A stretch of 32,000 nt of DNA from Lentibacter algarum. Lineage in GTDB: Bacteria; Pseudomonadota; Alphaproteobacteria; Rhodobacterales; Rhodobacteraceae. Below, piece after piece: positions 1 to 8,159 of this stretch. The first letter of the stretch is position 1. Every line of letters starts with the position of its first letter. The stretch is taken from positions 132,626-164,625 of the forward strand of contig NZ_JAHKQI010000008.1 of assembly GCF_018860975.1 (NCBI RefSeq), given 5' to 3'. The position numbers and the translations under genes are program-made. The notes beneath the pieces are model-generated. The model saw nothing but the letters and a program-made list of their open reading frames with translations, was not told the origin of the DNA and searched no databases.

Positions 1-10
1 AGTAAAAGCC

Positions 11-1168
11 CTATGCCAACCCATTCAAAGTGGTAGCAAGTCGATTAGCAATCTTACCCGCCGCCTTCTGCACCGCATCATCTGACAAATGGGCATATCT
101 CAAAGTAGTAGACAGGTTTTTGTGGCCCAAAATCTCCTTAAGCATGAATGGATCAACTCCGTTCATTACTGCAACCGATGCATAGGTGTGGCGCAAATCG
201 TGGACTCGCACGTCTTCTAAACCCGCACGCGCCCTAATCTTGCGCCAAGGTTTTTGCATGTCGTTGTAGTGACCAGTGCCATGATCGCCCAGAATGACAT
301 AGGGGTTGCCTTCTCGTCGATCGAGCATGTCGATAAGGGCACGTGCCTCGCGGGGCAGGGGAATACGCCTGCGGCCTGTCTTGCTGTCAGGTAATTCGAG
401 ATGCGTTCGGGTGACATAATCCCATTTTAGCTTTTGAATTTCGCCAAGTCGGCAACCAGTCAACAACAGCAAATAGAAGGCTGCAAAAACATAACGTGTG
501 ATTTCACCAGCTGCGAGCATTTCTGTCAAAACCTCGCCAAGCCGTTCCTGTTCACTTTCATCGAGATAGCGTTTTTTTTCCACTTCCGGATATTTTTTGA
601 TCCGCGTGGTTGGGTTCGAGTTCATCGAGCGTAATCCCCAATCTTCGGCAAGGTTCAACATTTTCGACAAAATCATAACGCCACGGTTGGCAAGATAGGG
701 CGTGTCGCGCCGCTTCTGATGGAAAGCTTGAATGTCTGTAAATGAGATTTCGGAAGTTTTGATGCTTCCAAGCACGGGGTTAACAACCTTCTTGAGGATA
801 CCTGCATATCCGGTTTGAGTTGTTGGTTTGCAATGCACGGCCACATGTTCTTTTAGAAAGCGCTCGCCAAGTTCCTTTATGGTTGGGCTTCTCAAACGTG
901 CTTTGCGTTCTGCCGATGGGTCTGAACCGCGTGCTACTTCGGCTTGGACAAGCTTCGCATCTTTGCGAGCTTCTTCGGCTGTCACGATGCCATGCCTGCC
1001 AAGGGTCTTACGACGTGTGCGGCCATTAAGTTTGTATTGGACGATAAAAACCTTTCGGCCTGTCGGGTATATTCGCACGCCAAAACCTGCCAGTTCTTCG
1101 TCCCAAAGAATGGTTTCTCGTTCTGGGTTTTGTATGCTTTCCACATATCGTTTGGTTAGTTTTGCCAT
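11..1168 (-). CDS. int: Tyrosine recombinase / phage-type integrase (P4-like, DUF4102-type N-terminal arm-binding domain)
   Basis: 385-aa ORF. The N-terminus ...FGVRIYPTGRKVFIVQYKLNGRTRRKTLG... is typical of DUF4102 integrases. The C-terminal catalytic signature is ...VRVHDLRHTYAS...LGHKNLSTTLRYAHL (R / HxxR / H / Y). Confidence 0.9.
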   Translation of the reverse strand: MAKLTKRYVESIQNPERETILWDEELAGFGVRIYPTGRKVFIVQYKLNGRTRRKTLGRHGIVTAEEARKDAKLVQAEVARGSDPSAERKARLRSPTIKELGERFLKEHVAVHCKPTTQTGYAGILKKVVNPVLGSIKTSEISFTDIQAFHQKRRDTPYLANRGVMILSKMLNLAEDWGLRSMNSNPTTRIKKYPEVEKKRYLDESEQERLGEVLTEMLAAGEITRYVFAAFYLLLLTGCRLGEIQKLKWDYVTRTHLELPDSKTGRRRIPLPREARALIDMLDRREGNPYVILGDHGTGHYNDMQKPWRKIRARAGLEDVRVHDLRHTYASVAVMNGVDPFMLKEILGHKNLSTTLRYAHLSDDAVQKAAGKIANRLATTLNGLA

Positions 1169-1354
1169 GATATCGTGCGCCCCTTTTTGTCAAATCCGGA
1201 AGCTTATCGGAAGCCTCGTGCAGCGTTTCATGGCGTTAGTAATGTTAGAAGGGCGGTTGAATGGTCAATAATAAATGTTTGTTTTCAGTCATTTATGGTT
1301 GAAGGGCGCATTGTGGAGAAAACGGGCGAAATCACCTTATTCGAATTTGTAATC

Positions 1355-1390
1355 AATAGGTCCGCGGTTCGAGTCCGTGTGGGGGCACCA
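1355..1390 (+). other. Orphan tRNA 3' fragment (T-arm, acceptor 3' strand, discriminator A, CCA); putative att remnant
   Basis: The fragment reads CGCGG-TTCGAGT-CCGTG (T stem-loop, 1363-1379), then TGGGGGC-A-CCA (1380-1390). No complementary GCCCCCA acceptor 5' strand and no canonical anticodon arm or D-arm occur in the ~90 nt upstream, so this is not a complete tRNA. Confidence 0.55.
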
Positions 1391-1916
1391 TTTTCCTATT
1401 TCGAGAAATCCAAAGACGTCCGATAAGCCCTGTTTTATAAGGCTTTCGTTGATGTCCTTTGTCCGATGGCATTTACTGCCGTTTGATACGATACCCCCAG
1501 ATGCCTCTTGGCGGTATTCAGATTCGAAATCTAAGACCCAAAAGTGAGCTTTCAAAAAAGCTGAGGTTGTAGGCCTCCATGCATTGGTCAAGCCGAATGC
1601 TCAAAGCTTTGACAACCGAAGGGTCTCATGTTCGGAAAAGAACAGTTGCTTGGTTTGGGCAGTTACCCCGTCAGTTTGACTGGCACGGGCGCGTCCTTGC
1701 CGGGGAGGGCCGCAAGCCGGTAGCGGCGAACATGTCGGCTGCGATGAGCAGATAACGAGAGTTATAGCCGCGATTGGAGCAACGTGAAGGCAGGGGACAC
1801 CACGGGGTTCTTGCATGCACCTGTGCATCTCCGGCGCTTTTCTGATTGTTTTAGTTGGGTATTGGCAGCGCTCAACATCAGTAAAACAAGGGGCTTGGGG
1901 GTGTCACTTTTAAAAT

Positions 1917-1932
1917 TTTACCAATTGATAAA
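1917..1932. promoter_or_regulatory. Imperfect palindrome resembling a RutR box upstream of preT
   Basis: TTTACCAATTGATAAA matches the E. coli RutR consensus TTGACCAnnTGGTCAA at 11 of 14 defined positions. It lies ~55 bp upstream of the preT start, in an AT-rich promoter-like stretch. Confidence 0.35.
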
Positions 1933-1985
1933 AAAATAAACTGCCTGTAGCCTGTTTCATGCGAGATGGAACTTGGGAGACCTAA

Positions 1986-3314
1986 ATGAGCAATTCAACA
2001 TCCACACCGGGAATCGCTGCAGAGAGGCTCGAAGGCCCTGCGCTGAAGGACAACTTTAGCGACTTGCATGCACCGCTGTCTGATCACGAGGCCCTGGTTG
2101 CCGCCGACAGATGTTACTTCTGTCATGACGCGCCTTGCATGACGGCTTGCCCAACCTCCATCGACATCCCGTTGTTTATTCGCCAGATCAGCACAGGCAC
2201 GCCCGAGGCTTCCGCCAAGACGATCTTCTCCCAAAACATTCTTGGTGGAATGTGCGCACGGGTATGCCCGACTGAAACGCTTTGCGAAGAAGTTTGCGTG
2301 CGCGAAGTCGCCGAGGGCAAGCCTGTCGAGATCGGCCGCTTGCAGCGTTATGCAACCGACACTCTTATGGCACAGGGCGAGCAACCGTTCGAGCGCGCCG
2401 CCAGCACGGGCAAGACAATTGCGGTTGTCGGGGCAGGGCCTGCGGGACTTGCCTGCGCGCACAAACTGGCGATGCTCGGCCATGATGTTGTTCTCTTTGA
2501 GGCCCGCTCAAAGGGCGGAGGGCTCAACGAGTTTGGCATCGCGGCTTACAAATCGGTTGATGGCTTTGCGCAACGCGAGGTTGATTGGCTGCTCGGCATT
2601 GGCGGCATTACATTAAACTACGGTCAGGCCATTGGGGATGGACTTACACTTGAAAGCTTACAAGCTGACTACGACGCGGTTTTTCTTGGCATGGGCCTAT
2701 CCGGTGTCAATGCGCTGCGCTGTGAGGGCGAAGAGCTTGCAGGGGTCAGCGACGCTGTCGAGTTTATTGCAGATCTTCGACAAGCAGAGGATCTGCGCAA
2801 AGTTGAAGTGGGCCGGAATGTTGTCGTCATCGGCGGTGGTATGACAGCGGTTGATGCTGCGGTGCAAAGTAAACTTCTGGGCGCGCAAGACGTGGCGCTG
2901 GTTTACCGCCGCGGCAAGGAGGCGATGAGCGCCTCGCTCTATGAGCAGGAGTTGGCCACGTCAAAAGGCGTGCGGATCATCTACAATGCGCAGCCAATGA
3001 AAGTCGCCAAGAGCGGCAAGGCTCTAAGCGTTGAATTTGCTTACACCAAGACGAAAAAGGGCAAGCTTACCCGCACTGGCGAAAGCTTCAATCTACCAGC
3101 CGATCAGGTGTTCAAAGCTATCGGTCAGACGCTTGAAGGCGCACCAGATGCTCTGGCGATCGACGGTGGTAAGATCACCGTTGACGAGAACGGCCAGACC
3201 AGCGTCGCAGGTGTTTGGGCTGGCGGTGACTGCGCTTCTGGCGGTGATGACCTCACGGTAACTGCCGTCGCCGAAGGCCGTGACGCTGCGCTCAACATTC
3301 ACTCAACGCTTTGA
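1986..3314 (+). CDS. preT: NAD-dependent dihydropyrimidine dehydrogenase subunit PreT (glutamate-synthase small-chain-like FAD/NAD oxidoreductase)
   Basis: 442 aa. It has N-terminal Fe-S cysteine motifs (CYFCHDAPCMTACP, CARVCP...CEEVC), a dinucleotide-binding VVGAGPAGLACAHKLA, and a second Rossmann motif VVVIGGGMTAVDAA. A GGGAGA RBS lies 5 nt before the ATG, and the gene is adjacent to preA. Confidence 0.85.
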   Translation: MSNSTSTPGIAAERLEGPALKDNFSDLHAPLSDHEALVAADRCYFCHDAPCMTACPTSIDIPLFIRQISTGTPEASAKTIFSQNILGGMCARVCPTETLCEEVCVREVAEGKPVEIGRLQRYATDTLMAQGEQPFERAASTGKTIAVVGAGPAGLACAHKLAMLGHDVVLFEARSKGGGLNEFGIAAYKSVDGFAQREVDWLLGIGGITLNYGQAIGDGLTLESLQADYDAVFLGMGLSGVNALRCEGEELAGVSDAVEFIADLRQAEDLRKVEVGRNVVVIGGGMTAVDAAVQSKLLGAQDVALVYRRGKEAMSASLYEQELATSKGVRIIYNAQPMKVAKSGKALSVEFAYTKTKKGKLTRTGESFNLPADQVFKAIGQTLEGAPDALAIDGGKITVDENGQTSVAGVWAGGDCASGGDDLTVTAVAEGRDAALNIHSTL

Positions 3315-3340
3315 TAGCAAACCAGAAAGAGGGAAGAACA

Positions 3341-4645
3341 ATGGCAGATCTTACAACCACATTTGTTGGCATCACATCACCAAACCCGTTCTGGCTTGCG
3401 TCAGCGCCACCGACCGACAAGGAATACAACGTGCGCCGCGCCTTTGAGGCTGGTTGGGGCGGTGTTGTCTGGAAGACGCTTGGTTCGGAAGGGCCGCCTG
3501 TCGTTAACGTCAACGGCCCGCGCTACGGCGTCATTCATGGAGCAGATCGCCGCGTGCTTGGCCTCAATAACATCGAGCTGATCACCGACCGTGACCTCTA
3601 CCAGAACCTTGAGGAAATCAAGCGCGTCAAGGCCGACTACCCTGACCGCGCCATTATCGTTTCCTTGATGGTTCCCTGCGAGGAGGAGGCTTGGAAGGCC
3701 ATTCTGCCGCTGGTTGAAGACACTGGCGCTGACGGGATCGAGCTGAACTTTGGTTGCCCGCACGGCATGGCCGAACGCGGCATGGGATCGGCTGTCGGGC
3801 AGGTGCCTGAATACATCGAAATGGTCACGCGCTGGTGCAAACAATACTACTCCAAGCCGGTGATCGTGAAGCTCACGCCCAACATCACCGATATTCGCCA
3901 ACCGGCTGCCGCCGCGATGCGCGGAGGAGCTGACGCTGTCTCGCTGATCAACACCATCAACTCGATCATCTCGGTTGACCTTGACGCAATGGCACCGCAA
4001 CCGACGATTGACGGCAAAGGCACGCATGGCGGCTATTGTGGCCCCGCGGTCAAGCCGATCGCGATGAACATGGTCGCCGAAATCGCCCGCTCACCAGAGA
4101 CAGCGGGCTTGCCGATATCGGGCATCGGCGGCATCACCACTTGGCGCGATGCAGCCGAGTTCATGGTGCTTGGCTGTGGCAATGTGCAGGTCTGCACCGC
4201 GGCGATGACCTATGGTTTCAAAGTCGTCCAAGAGATGATCAGCGGGTTGTCGCAGTGGATGGACGAGAAGGGGCATACCTCTGTCTCCGACTTTGCCGGT
4301 GCAGCTGTGCCAAATGTCACTGACTGGCAGTATCTCAACCTCAACTACGTTACCAAAGCCTCGATCAGTCAGGATGATTGCATCAGCTGTGGCCGTTGCT
4401 TTGCCGCCTGCGAAGACACCTCGCACCAAGCGATCCTGATGTCGGAAGACCGTGTGTTCACCGTCGACAATTCCGAGTGCGTGGCTTGCAACCTCTGCGT
4501 TGAAGTTTGCCCAGTTGAAGATTGCATCACAATGGTCGTGCAAGAGCCCGGAAGCGTCGACGAGCGCACGGGCAAACCTGTTGTCAAAGAACATGGCGAC
4601 TGGACAAAACACCCCAACAACCCGGGTGCGGTTGCTGCTGAATAA
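3341..4645 (+). CDS. preA: Dihydropyrimidine dehydrogenase subunit PreA (dihydroorotate-dehydrogenase-like TIM barrel plus C-terminal 2x[4Fe-4S])
   Basis: The protein starts MADLTTTFVGITSPNPFWLASAPP. It carries DHOD-family motifs (NIELITDR, ELNFGCPHGM, ISGIGGI) and C-terminal ferredoxin motifs CISCGRCFAACED...CVACNLCVEVCPV. I chose the start at ATG 3341 (RBS AGAGGGA) rather than the ORF-track 3311. Confidence 0.88.
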   Translation: MADLTTTFVGITSPNPFWLASAPPTDKEYNVRRAFEAGWGGVVWKTLGSEGPPVVNVNGPRYGVIHGADRRVLGLNNIELITDRDLYQNLEEIKRVKADYPDRAIIVSLMVPCEEEAWKAILPLVEDTGADGIELNFGCPHGMAERGMGSAVGQVPEYIEMVTRWCKQYYSKPVIVKLTPNITDIRQPAAAAMRGGADAVSLINTINSIISVDLDAMAPQPTIDGKGTHGGYCGPAVKPIAMNMVAEIARSPETAGLPISGIGGITTWRDAAEFMVLGCGNVQVCTAAMTYGFKVVQEMISGLSQWMDEKGHTSVSDFAGAAVPNVTDWQYLNLNYVTKASISQDDCISCGRCFAACEDTSHQAILMSEDRVFTVDNSECVACNLCVEVCPVEDCITMVVQEPGSVDERTGKPVVKEHGDWTKHPNNPGAVAAE

Positions 4646-4648
4646 GCC

Positions 4649-5530
4649 GTGAGCCGCGAGCTTTCAGGCCATATAGCAATGATGGGCTTCGCGGCTTTGG
4701 TCGCGGGGTCTTTCGCTTTTGGGGCGCTGATCGGCGATCAGATGTCGCCGCTTGTTGTTACCGCGTTCCGGTTCACGATTACGGTTGTTTTGCTTGGGGT
4801 TCTGGCGTGGCCGGCGTTGCGCAAGGGGCGTGAAGCCTTCAATGCACCCTGGCGTTATCTGGTGCTTGGTGCCAGCCCGGCGCTCTACTTTATCTTTATG
4901 TTCGAAGCCCTCAAAACCGCGCCTGCCGTGTCGCTCTCGGTTGAGTTTACGCTGACACCACTTGTTACAGGTGTTTTCGGTTATTTCCTGCTAAATCAGA
5001 TACCTACGCGGCGTGTTTTACTTGCTTTGCTGATCGGCGCTCTTGGTGCTGTCTGGGTGATCTTTCGGGGTGATCTCTCGCAACTCATGGCGTTTCATAT
5101 CGGACGCGGTGAGGTTATCTTCCTTGTCGGGATGACGTTTTATGCGCTCTACGCCCCCCTCGTGCGCAGGCTCAAACGCGACGAGCCACCGGTTGTGTTC
5201 ACCTTTGCGATCACGCTCGGCGCGCTGGTGGTGACGCTGCCTTTTGCCTTCAAGGGCCTGGTGACAACCGACTACAGCGCTGTGCCGCTCACAGTCTGGG
5301 CTGTGGTGTTCTACCTCGCTGTATTTGCCAGTGCAGCAACGTTCTCTTTGATCCAGTTCGCGACACTGCGCCTGCCGTCAGTCAAAGTCATGGCGCATAC
5401 ATACCTGATCCCGAGTTGGGTGATCTTCTGGCAGCTCGTTATGGGCAACGGGGGGCCAACCGCTTACGATATGATCGGCGTGGCACTCACGGTTCTGGCG
5501 CTTGTTTTGCTGCTTAAGACGCAGGGTTGA
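4649..5530 (+). CDS. EamA/DMT-family membrane transporter
   Basis: 293 aa, about 10 hydrophobic helices, with the two-repeat architecture typical of EamA. The start is uncertain: GTG 4649 or ATG 4679. Confidence 0.7.
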   Translation: MSRELSGHIAMMGFAALVAGSFAFGALIGDQMSPLVVTAFRFTITVVLLGVLAWPALRKGREAFNAPWRYLVLGASPALYFIFMFEALKTAPAVSLSVEFTLTPLVTGVFGYFLLNQIPTRRVLLALLIGALGAVWVIFRGDLSQLMAFHIGRGEVIFLVGMTFYALYAPLVRRLKRDEPPVVFTFAITLGALVVTLPFAFKGLVTTDYSAVPLTVWAVVFYLAVFASAATFSLIQFATLRLPSVKVMAHTYLIPSWVIFWQLVMGNGGPTAYDMIGVALTVLALVLLLKTQG

Positions 5531-6140
5531 GCAGTTTGCGATACATGTTGTCCAGAAAGGGGCCTGCGCTGGCAAACGGGTCGTTTACATCGCGCATTAC
5601 AGCGCGCACCTGAATGTCAAAGTCAGCGTAGTGCTGTGTGGTTGCCCAAATCGAGAAGAACAGATGCATCGGATCAATGTCCGCGATTTTGCCAGCCTTG
5701 ATCCAGCCGCTAACAACCCCGGCCTTCAAAGTCACCAAGTCTCTCAGTTCACCTTGCAACTCGGGCAAGACATGCGGCGCACCTTGCAGTATTTCATTGG
5801 CAAACAGCTTGCTCTCGCGCGGAAATTTTTGCGTCATCTTGAGCTTCTGGGCGACATATCCGCAGATCTCTTCAATCGGCTCTCCGGCTTCATCAAGCGC
5901 ATAAAGCGGCGCCAGCCATGTCTTGAGCAATTCGTCCAGAAGCGCCTTGTGGATGGCTTCCTTGCTGTCAAAGTAATAGAGTATGTTGGGTTTGGAGAGG
6001 CCGGCGCGTGTGGCGATCATGTCAATCGTCGAGCCGCGAAAGCCGCGCTCGGAGAACACATCAAGCGCGGCTTCAAGTATCTCGCGGGTCTTCTCGCGCT
6101 GGATGCGCGTCGGGCGTTTGGTTGATTGTGATCTCGCCAT
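5514..6140 (-). CDS. rutR: TetR-family regulator, RutR-like (pyrimidine utilisation regulator)
   Basis: 208 aa. The N-terminal TetR HTH is ...ILEAALDVFSERGFRGSTIDMIATRAGLSKPNILYYF.... The C-terminal ...GWIKAGKIADIDPMHLFFSIWATTQHYADFDIQVRAV closely resembles what I recall of E. coli RutR (…IDPQHLIFMIWASTQHYADF…). Confidence 0.8.
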   Translation of the reverse strand: MARSQSTKRPTRIQREKTREILEAALDVFSERGFRGSTIDMIATRAGLSKPNILYYFDSKEAIHKALLDELLKTWLAPLYALDEAGEPIEEICGYVAQKLKMTQKFPRESKLFANEILQGAPHVLPELQGELRDLVTLKAGVVSGWIKAGKIADIDPMHLFFSIWATTQHYADFDIQVRAVMRDVNDPFASAGPFLDNMYRKLLNPAS

Positions 6141-6157
6141 GCAAAGCGCCTTTCCGG

Positions 6158-6796
6158 TTAAACGACAGAAAGGCCCACACCCTTCAGAATAATCGTTTTA
6201 ACTGAAAGTTTAGCTGCTTGCCACTGTTCATCAGTGTAGGGCACGCCGCCGTTCAGAGTTTCGATCTGATGACCGAAATCCGCGTAATGCTGTGTGGTTG
6301 ACCAGATCATATAGAGCAGGTGCGCAGGGTCGATCGCATCCATCTCGCCATTCGCGATCCAGCGCTCGATATGCAGGCCACGGTCGGTTGACCACTCCTT
6401 GAGTCGGCCTTCCAGATAGTCCTGAATGATCGGCGCACCGTGCATCACCTCGGCTGCCCAAACGCGCGAGCCGTTAGGGTGTGAACGTGACAGATCCATC
6501 TTGATGTCGATGTAACGGCACAGGGCTTCGCTCGGCCCAAGCTCGGTGTCAAACGCCGAGGCCGCCTCCATCCAAATATCAAAGATGTTGTAAACGACGC
6601 GGCGGTAAATCTCTTCTTTGGTTTTGAAGTAGTAATGCACATTCGCCTTCGGGAGGCCCGCAACATCGGCTATCAGCTGTGTCGTTGCCCCCGCAAACCC
6701 CGCCTCTGCAAAGACTTTTTCAGCCGCCTCCAAAATAAGCTTTTGGTTCTGCGAGCGCTTAGAAGTTTGGCGAAAGGGGATGGGCTCGGTTGACAC
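6158..6796 (-). CDS. Second RutR-like TetR-family regulator (paralog, tandem with 5514-6140)
   Basis: HTH ...ILEAAEKVFAEAGFAGATTQLIADVAGLPKANVHYYF...; C-terminus ...RWIANGEMDAIDPAHLLYMIWSTTQHYADFGHQIETL. I propose a GTG start at 6796 (GGAAAG 6 nt upstream), which gives 212 aa. The ORF-track start at 6910 would overlap the divergent amidohydrolase start, so the start is uncertain. Confidence 0.75.
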   Translation of the reverse strand: MSTEPIPFRQTSKRSQNQKLILEAAEKVFAEAGFAGATTQLIADVAGLPKANVHYYFKTKEEIYRRVVYNIFDIWMEAASAFDTELGPSEALCRYIDIKMDLSRSHPNGSRVWAAEVMHGAPIIQDYLEGRLKEWSTDRGLHIERWIANGEMDAIDPAHLLYMIWSTTQHYADFGHQIETLNGGVPYTDEQWQAAKLSVKTIILKGVGLSVV

Positions 6797-6846
6797 AACA
6801 TTCTTTCCAGAAAAAACTTGACCGATTAGACAGGTCGCTACAATAC

Positions 6847-6862
6847 TTGACCATATAGTCAA
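6847..6862. promoter_or_regulatory. RutR-box-like palindrome in the divergent TetR/amidohydrolase intergenic region
   Basis: TTGACCATATAGTCAA matches TTGACCAnnTGGTCAA at 13 of 14 defined positions. It sits between the divergent starts at 6796 (-) and 6901 (+). A -35/-10-like TTGACC...TACAAT lies just upstream at 6818-6845. Confidence 0.55.
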
Positions 6863-6900
6863 AAAAAATTCCGTCAAGGAAGCTCCGAGGGGGGAGAGAC

Positions 6901-8154
6901 ATGCCAACACTCAATTCGAACCTGCGCATCAATGGTGAGCGCCTGTGGGACAGCCTGATGGAAATGGCCAAAATCGGCCCCGGTGTTGCGGGCGGCAACA
7001 ACCGTCAGACACTGACGGACGAAGACGGCGAAGGCCGCGCCTTGTTTCAGTCGTGGTGCGAGGCGGCAGGATGCAGCATGGGGCTTGATACGATGGGCAA
7101 TATGTTCGCCACATGGGGCGGCACAGACCCAGACGCGCTGCCGGTTTATGTTGGCTCACACCTCGACACACAGCCAACTGGCGGCAAGTATGACGGCGTG
7201 CTTGGCGTGCTCGGCGGGCTTGAGCTCATCCGGACTTTGAACGACCTTGGCATTAAAACGAAACACCCGATCGTTGTCACCAACTGGACCAACGAAGAGG
7301 GCACACGTTATGCGCCGGCAATGCTGTCGTCTGGCGTTTTTGCTGGCATTCATACCGAAGACTGGGCCTACGCGCGCGAAGACGCGGAAGGGCTGAAGTT
7401 CGGCGACGAGCTCAAGCGCATCGGCTGGCGTGGTGATGAGGAAGTCGGCGCGCGCAAGATGCACGCCATGTTCGAGTTGCACATCGAACAAGGGCCGATC
7501 CTGGAAGCCGAGGGCAAGGACATCGGCGTTGTAACGCACGGGCAGGGGCTGTCGTGGACACAAGTCACCGTAACCGGCAAAGACAGCCACACAGGCTCAA
7601 CGCCCATGCCCATGCGCAAGAACGCAGGTCTCGGCATGGCGCGGATACTGGAGAAAGTTGACGAGATCGCATGGAGCCATGCCCCCCACGCTGTTGGCGC
7701 GGCAGGGCATATCGACGTTTACCCAAACTCACGCAACGTGATCCCGGGCCAAGTGGTGTTCACAGTTGATTTTCGCTCACCAGACCTGAGCGTGATCGAG
7801 GACATGGAAGCGCGGCTGCGCGTTGAAGGCCAGAAAGTCGCTGACGATATGGGGCTTACCGTGGAGTTCGAAAAGGTCGGCGGGTTTGATCCGGTGGCGT
7901 TTGACGAAGGCTGCGTAACAGCTGTCAGAAACGCCGCAGAGCGCATGGGCTATTCGCACATGAACCTCATCTCAGGGGCAGGCCACGACGCCTGCTGGAT
8001 CAACCGCGTCGCACCCACAGCCATGATCATGTGCCCCTGCGTTGACGGGCTTAGCCACAACGAAGCTGAAGAGATTTCAAAAGAATGGGCGACAGCTGGC
8101 ACTGACGTGCTGTTGCAAGCAGTTTTGGAGACGGCGGAGATTGTAGAGGACTAA
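6901..8154 (+). CDS. M20-family Zn amidohydrolase (N-carbamoyl-amino-acid / beta-ureidopropionase / allantoate amidohydrolase type)
   Basis: 417 aa. ...VYVGSHLDTQPTGGKYDGVLGVLGGLE... and ...NWTNEEG... are characteristic of the AmaB/AllC family. Its position in the pyrimidine locus fits the third step, ureidopropionate to beta-alanine. Confidence 0.8.
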   Translation: MPTLNSNLRINGERLWDSLMEMAKIGPGVAGGNNRQTLTDEDGEGRALFQSWCEAAGCSMGLDTMGNMFATWGGTDPDALPVYVGSHLDTQPTGGKYDGVLGVLGGLELIRTLNDLGIKTKHPIVVTNWTNEEGTRYAPAMLSSGVFAGIHTEDWAYAREDAEGLKFGDELKRIGWRGDEEVGARKMHAMFELHIEQGPILEAEGKDIGVVTHGQGLSWTQVTVTGKDSHTGSTPMPMRKNAGLGMARILEKVDEIAWSHAPHAVGAAGHIDVYPNSRNVIPGQVVFTVDFRSPDLSVIEDMEARLRVEGQKVADDMGLTVEFEKVGGFDPVAFDEGCVTAVRNAAERMGYSHMNLISGAGHDACWINRVAPTAMIMCPCVDGLSHNEAEEISKEWATAGTDVLLQAVLETAEIVED

Positions 8155-8159
8155 AGTTT

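Larger units (their letters stand above)
1..1390. mobile_element. Right-hand end of an integrated element that continues beyond the left window edge (integrase plus orphan tRNA 3' fragment)
   Basis: The integrase gene lies directly next to a tRNA T-arm/acceptor/CCA fragment with no matching 5' half. The tRNA(+)/int(-) orientation is the mirror image of the int-proximal end of the complete tRNA-Asn element at 13698-28066. Confidence 0.5.

Noticed and set aside
1355-1390. Possibility that the CCA-terminated tRNA-like fragment is the acceptor piece of an alphaproteobacterial two-piece (permuted) tmRNA, a common integrase target
   Set aside because: The acceptor 3' strand TGGGGGC cannot form the G3:U70 alanine identity pair. 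No complementary 5' strand and no ANDN...-type tag reading frame is visible in the downstream 500 nt on the same strand.
1601-1828. 75-aa minus-strand ORF in the region upstream of preT
   Set aside because: The translation is Cys/Pro/Arg-rich and non-protein-like, with no RBS and no partner genes. The region is kept only as unexplained non-coding sequence.
5502-6125. 207-aa plus-strand ORF
   Set aside because: It is an exact antisense of the RutR-like TetR gene, whose HTH and C-terminal signature are unambiguous.
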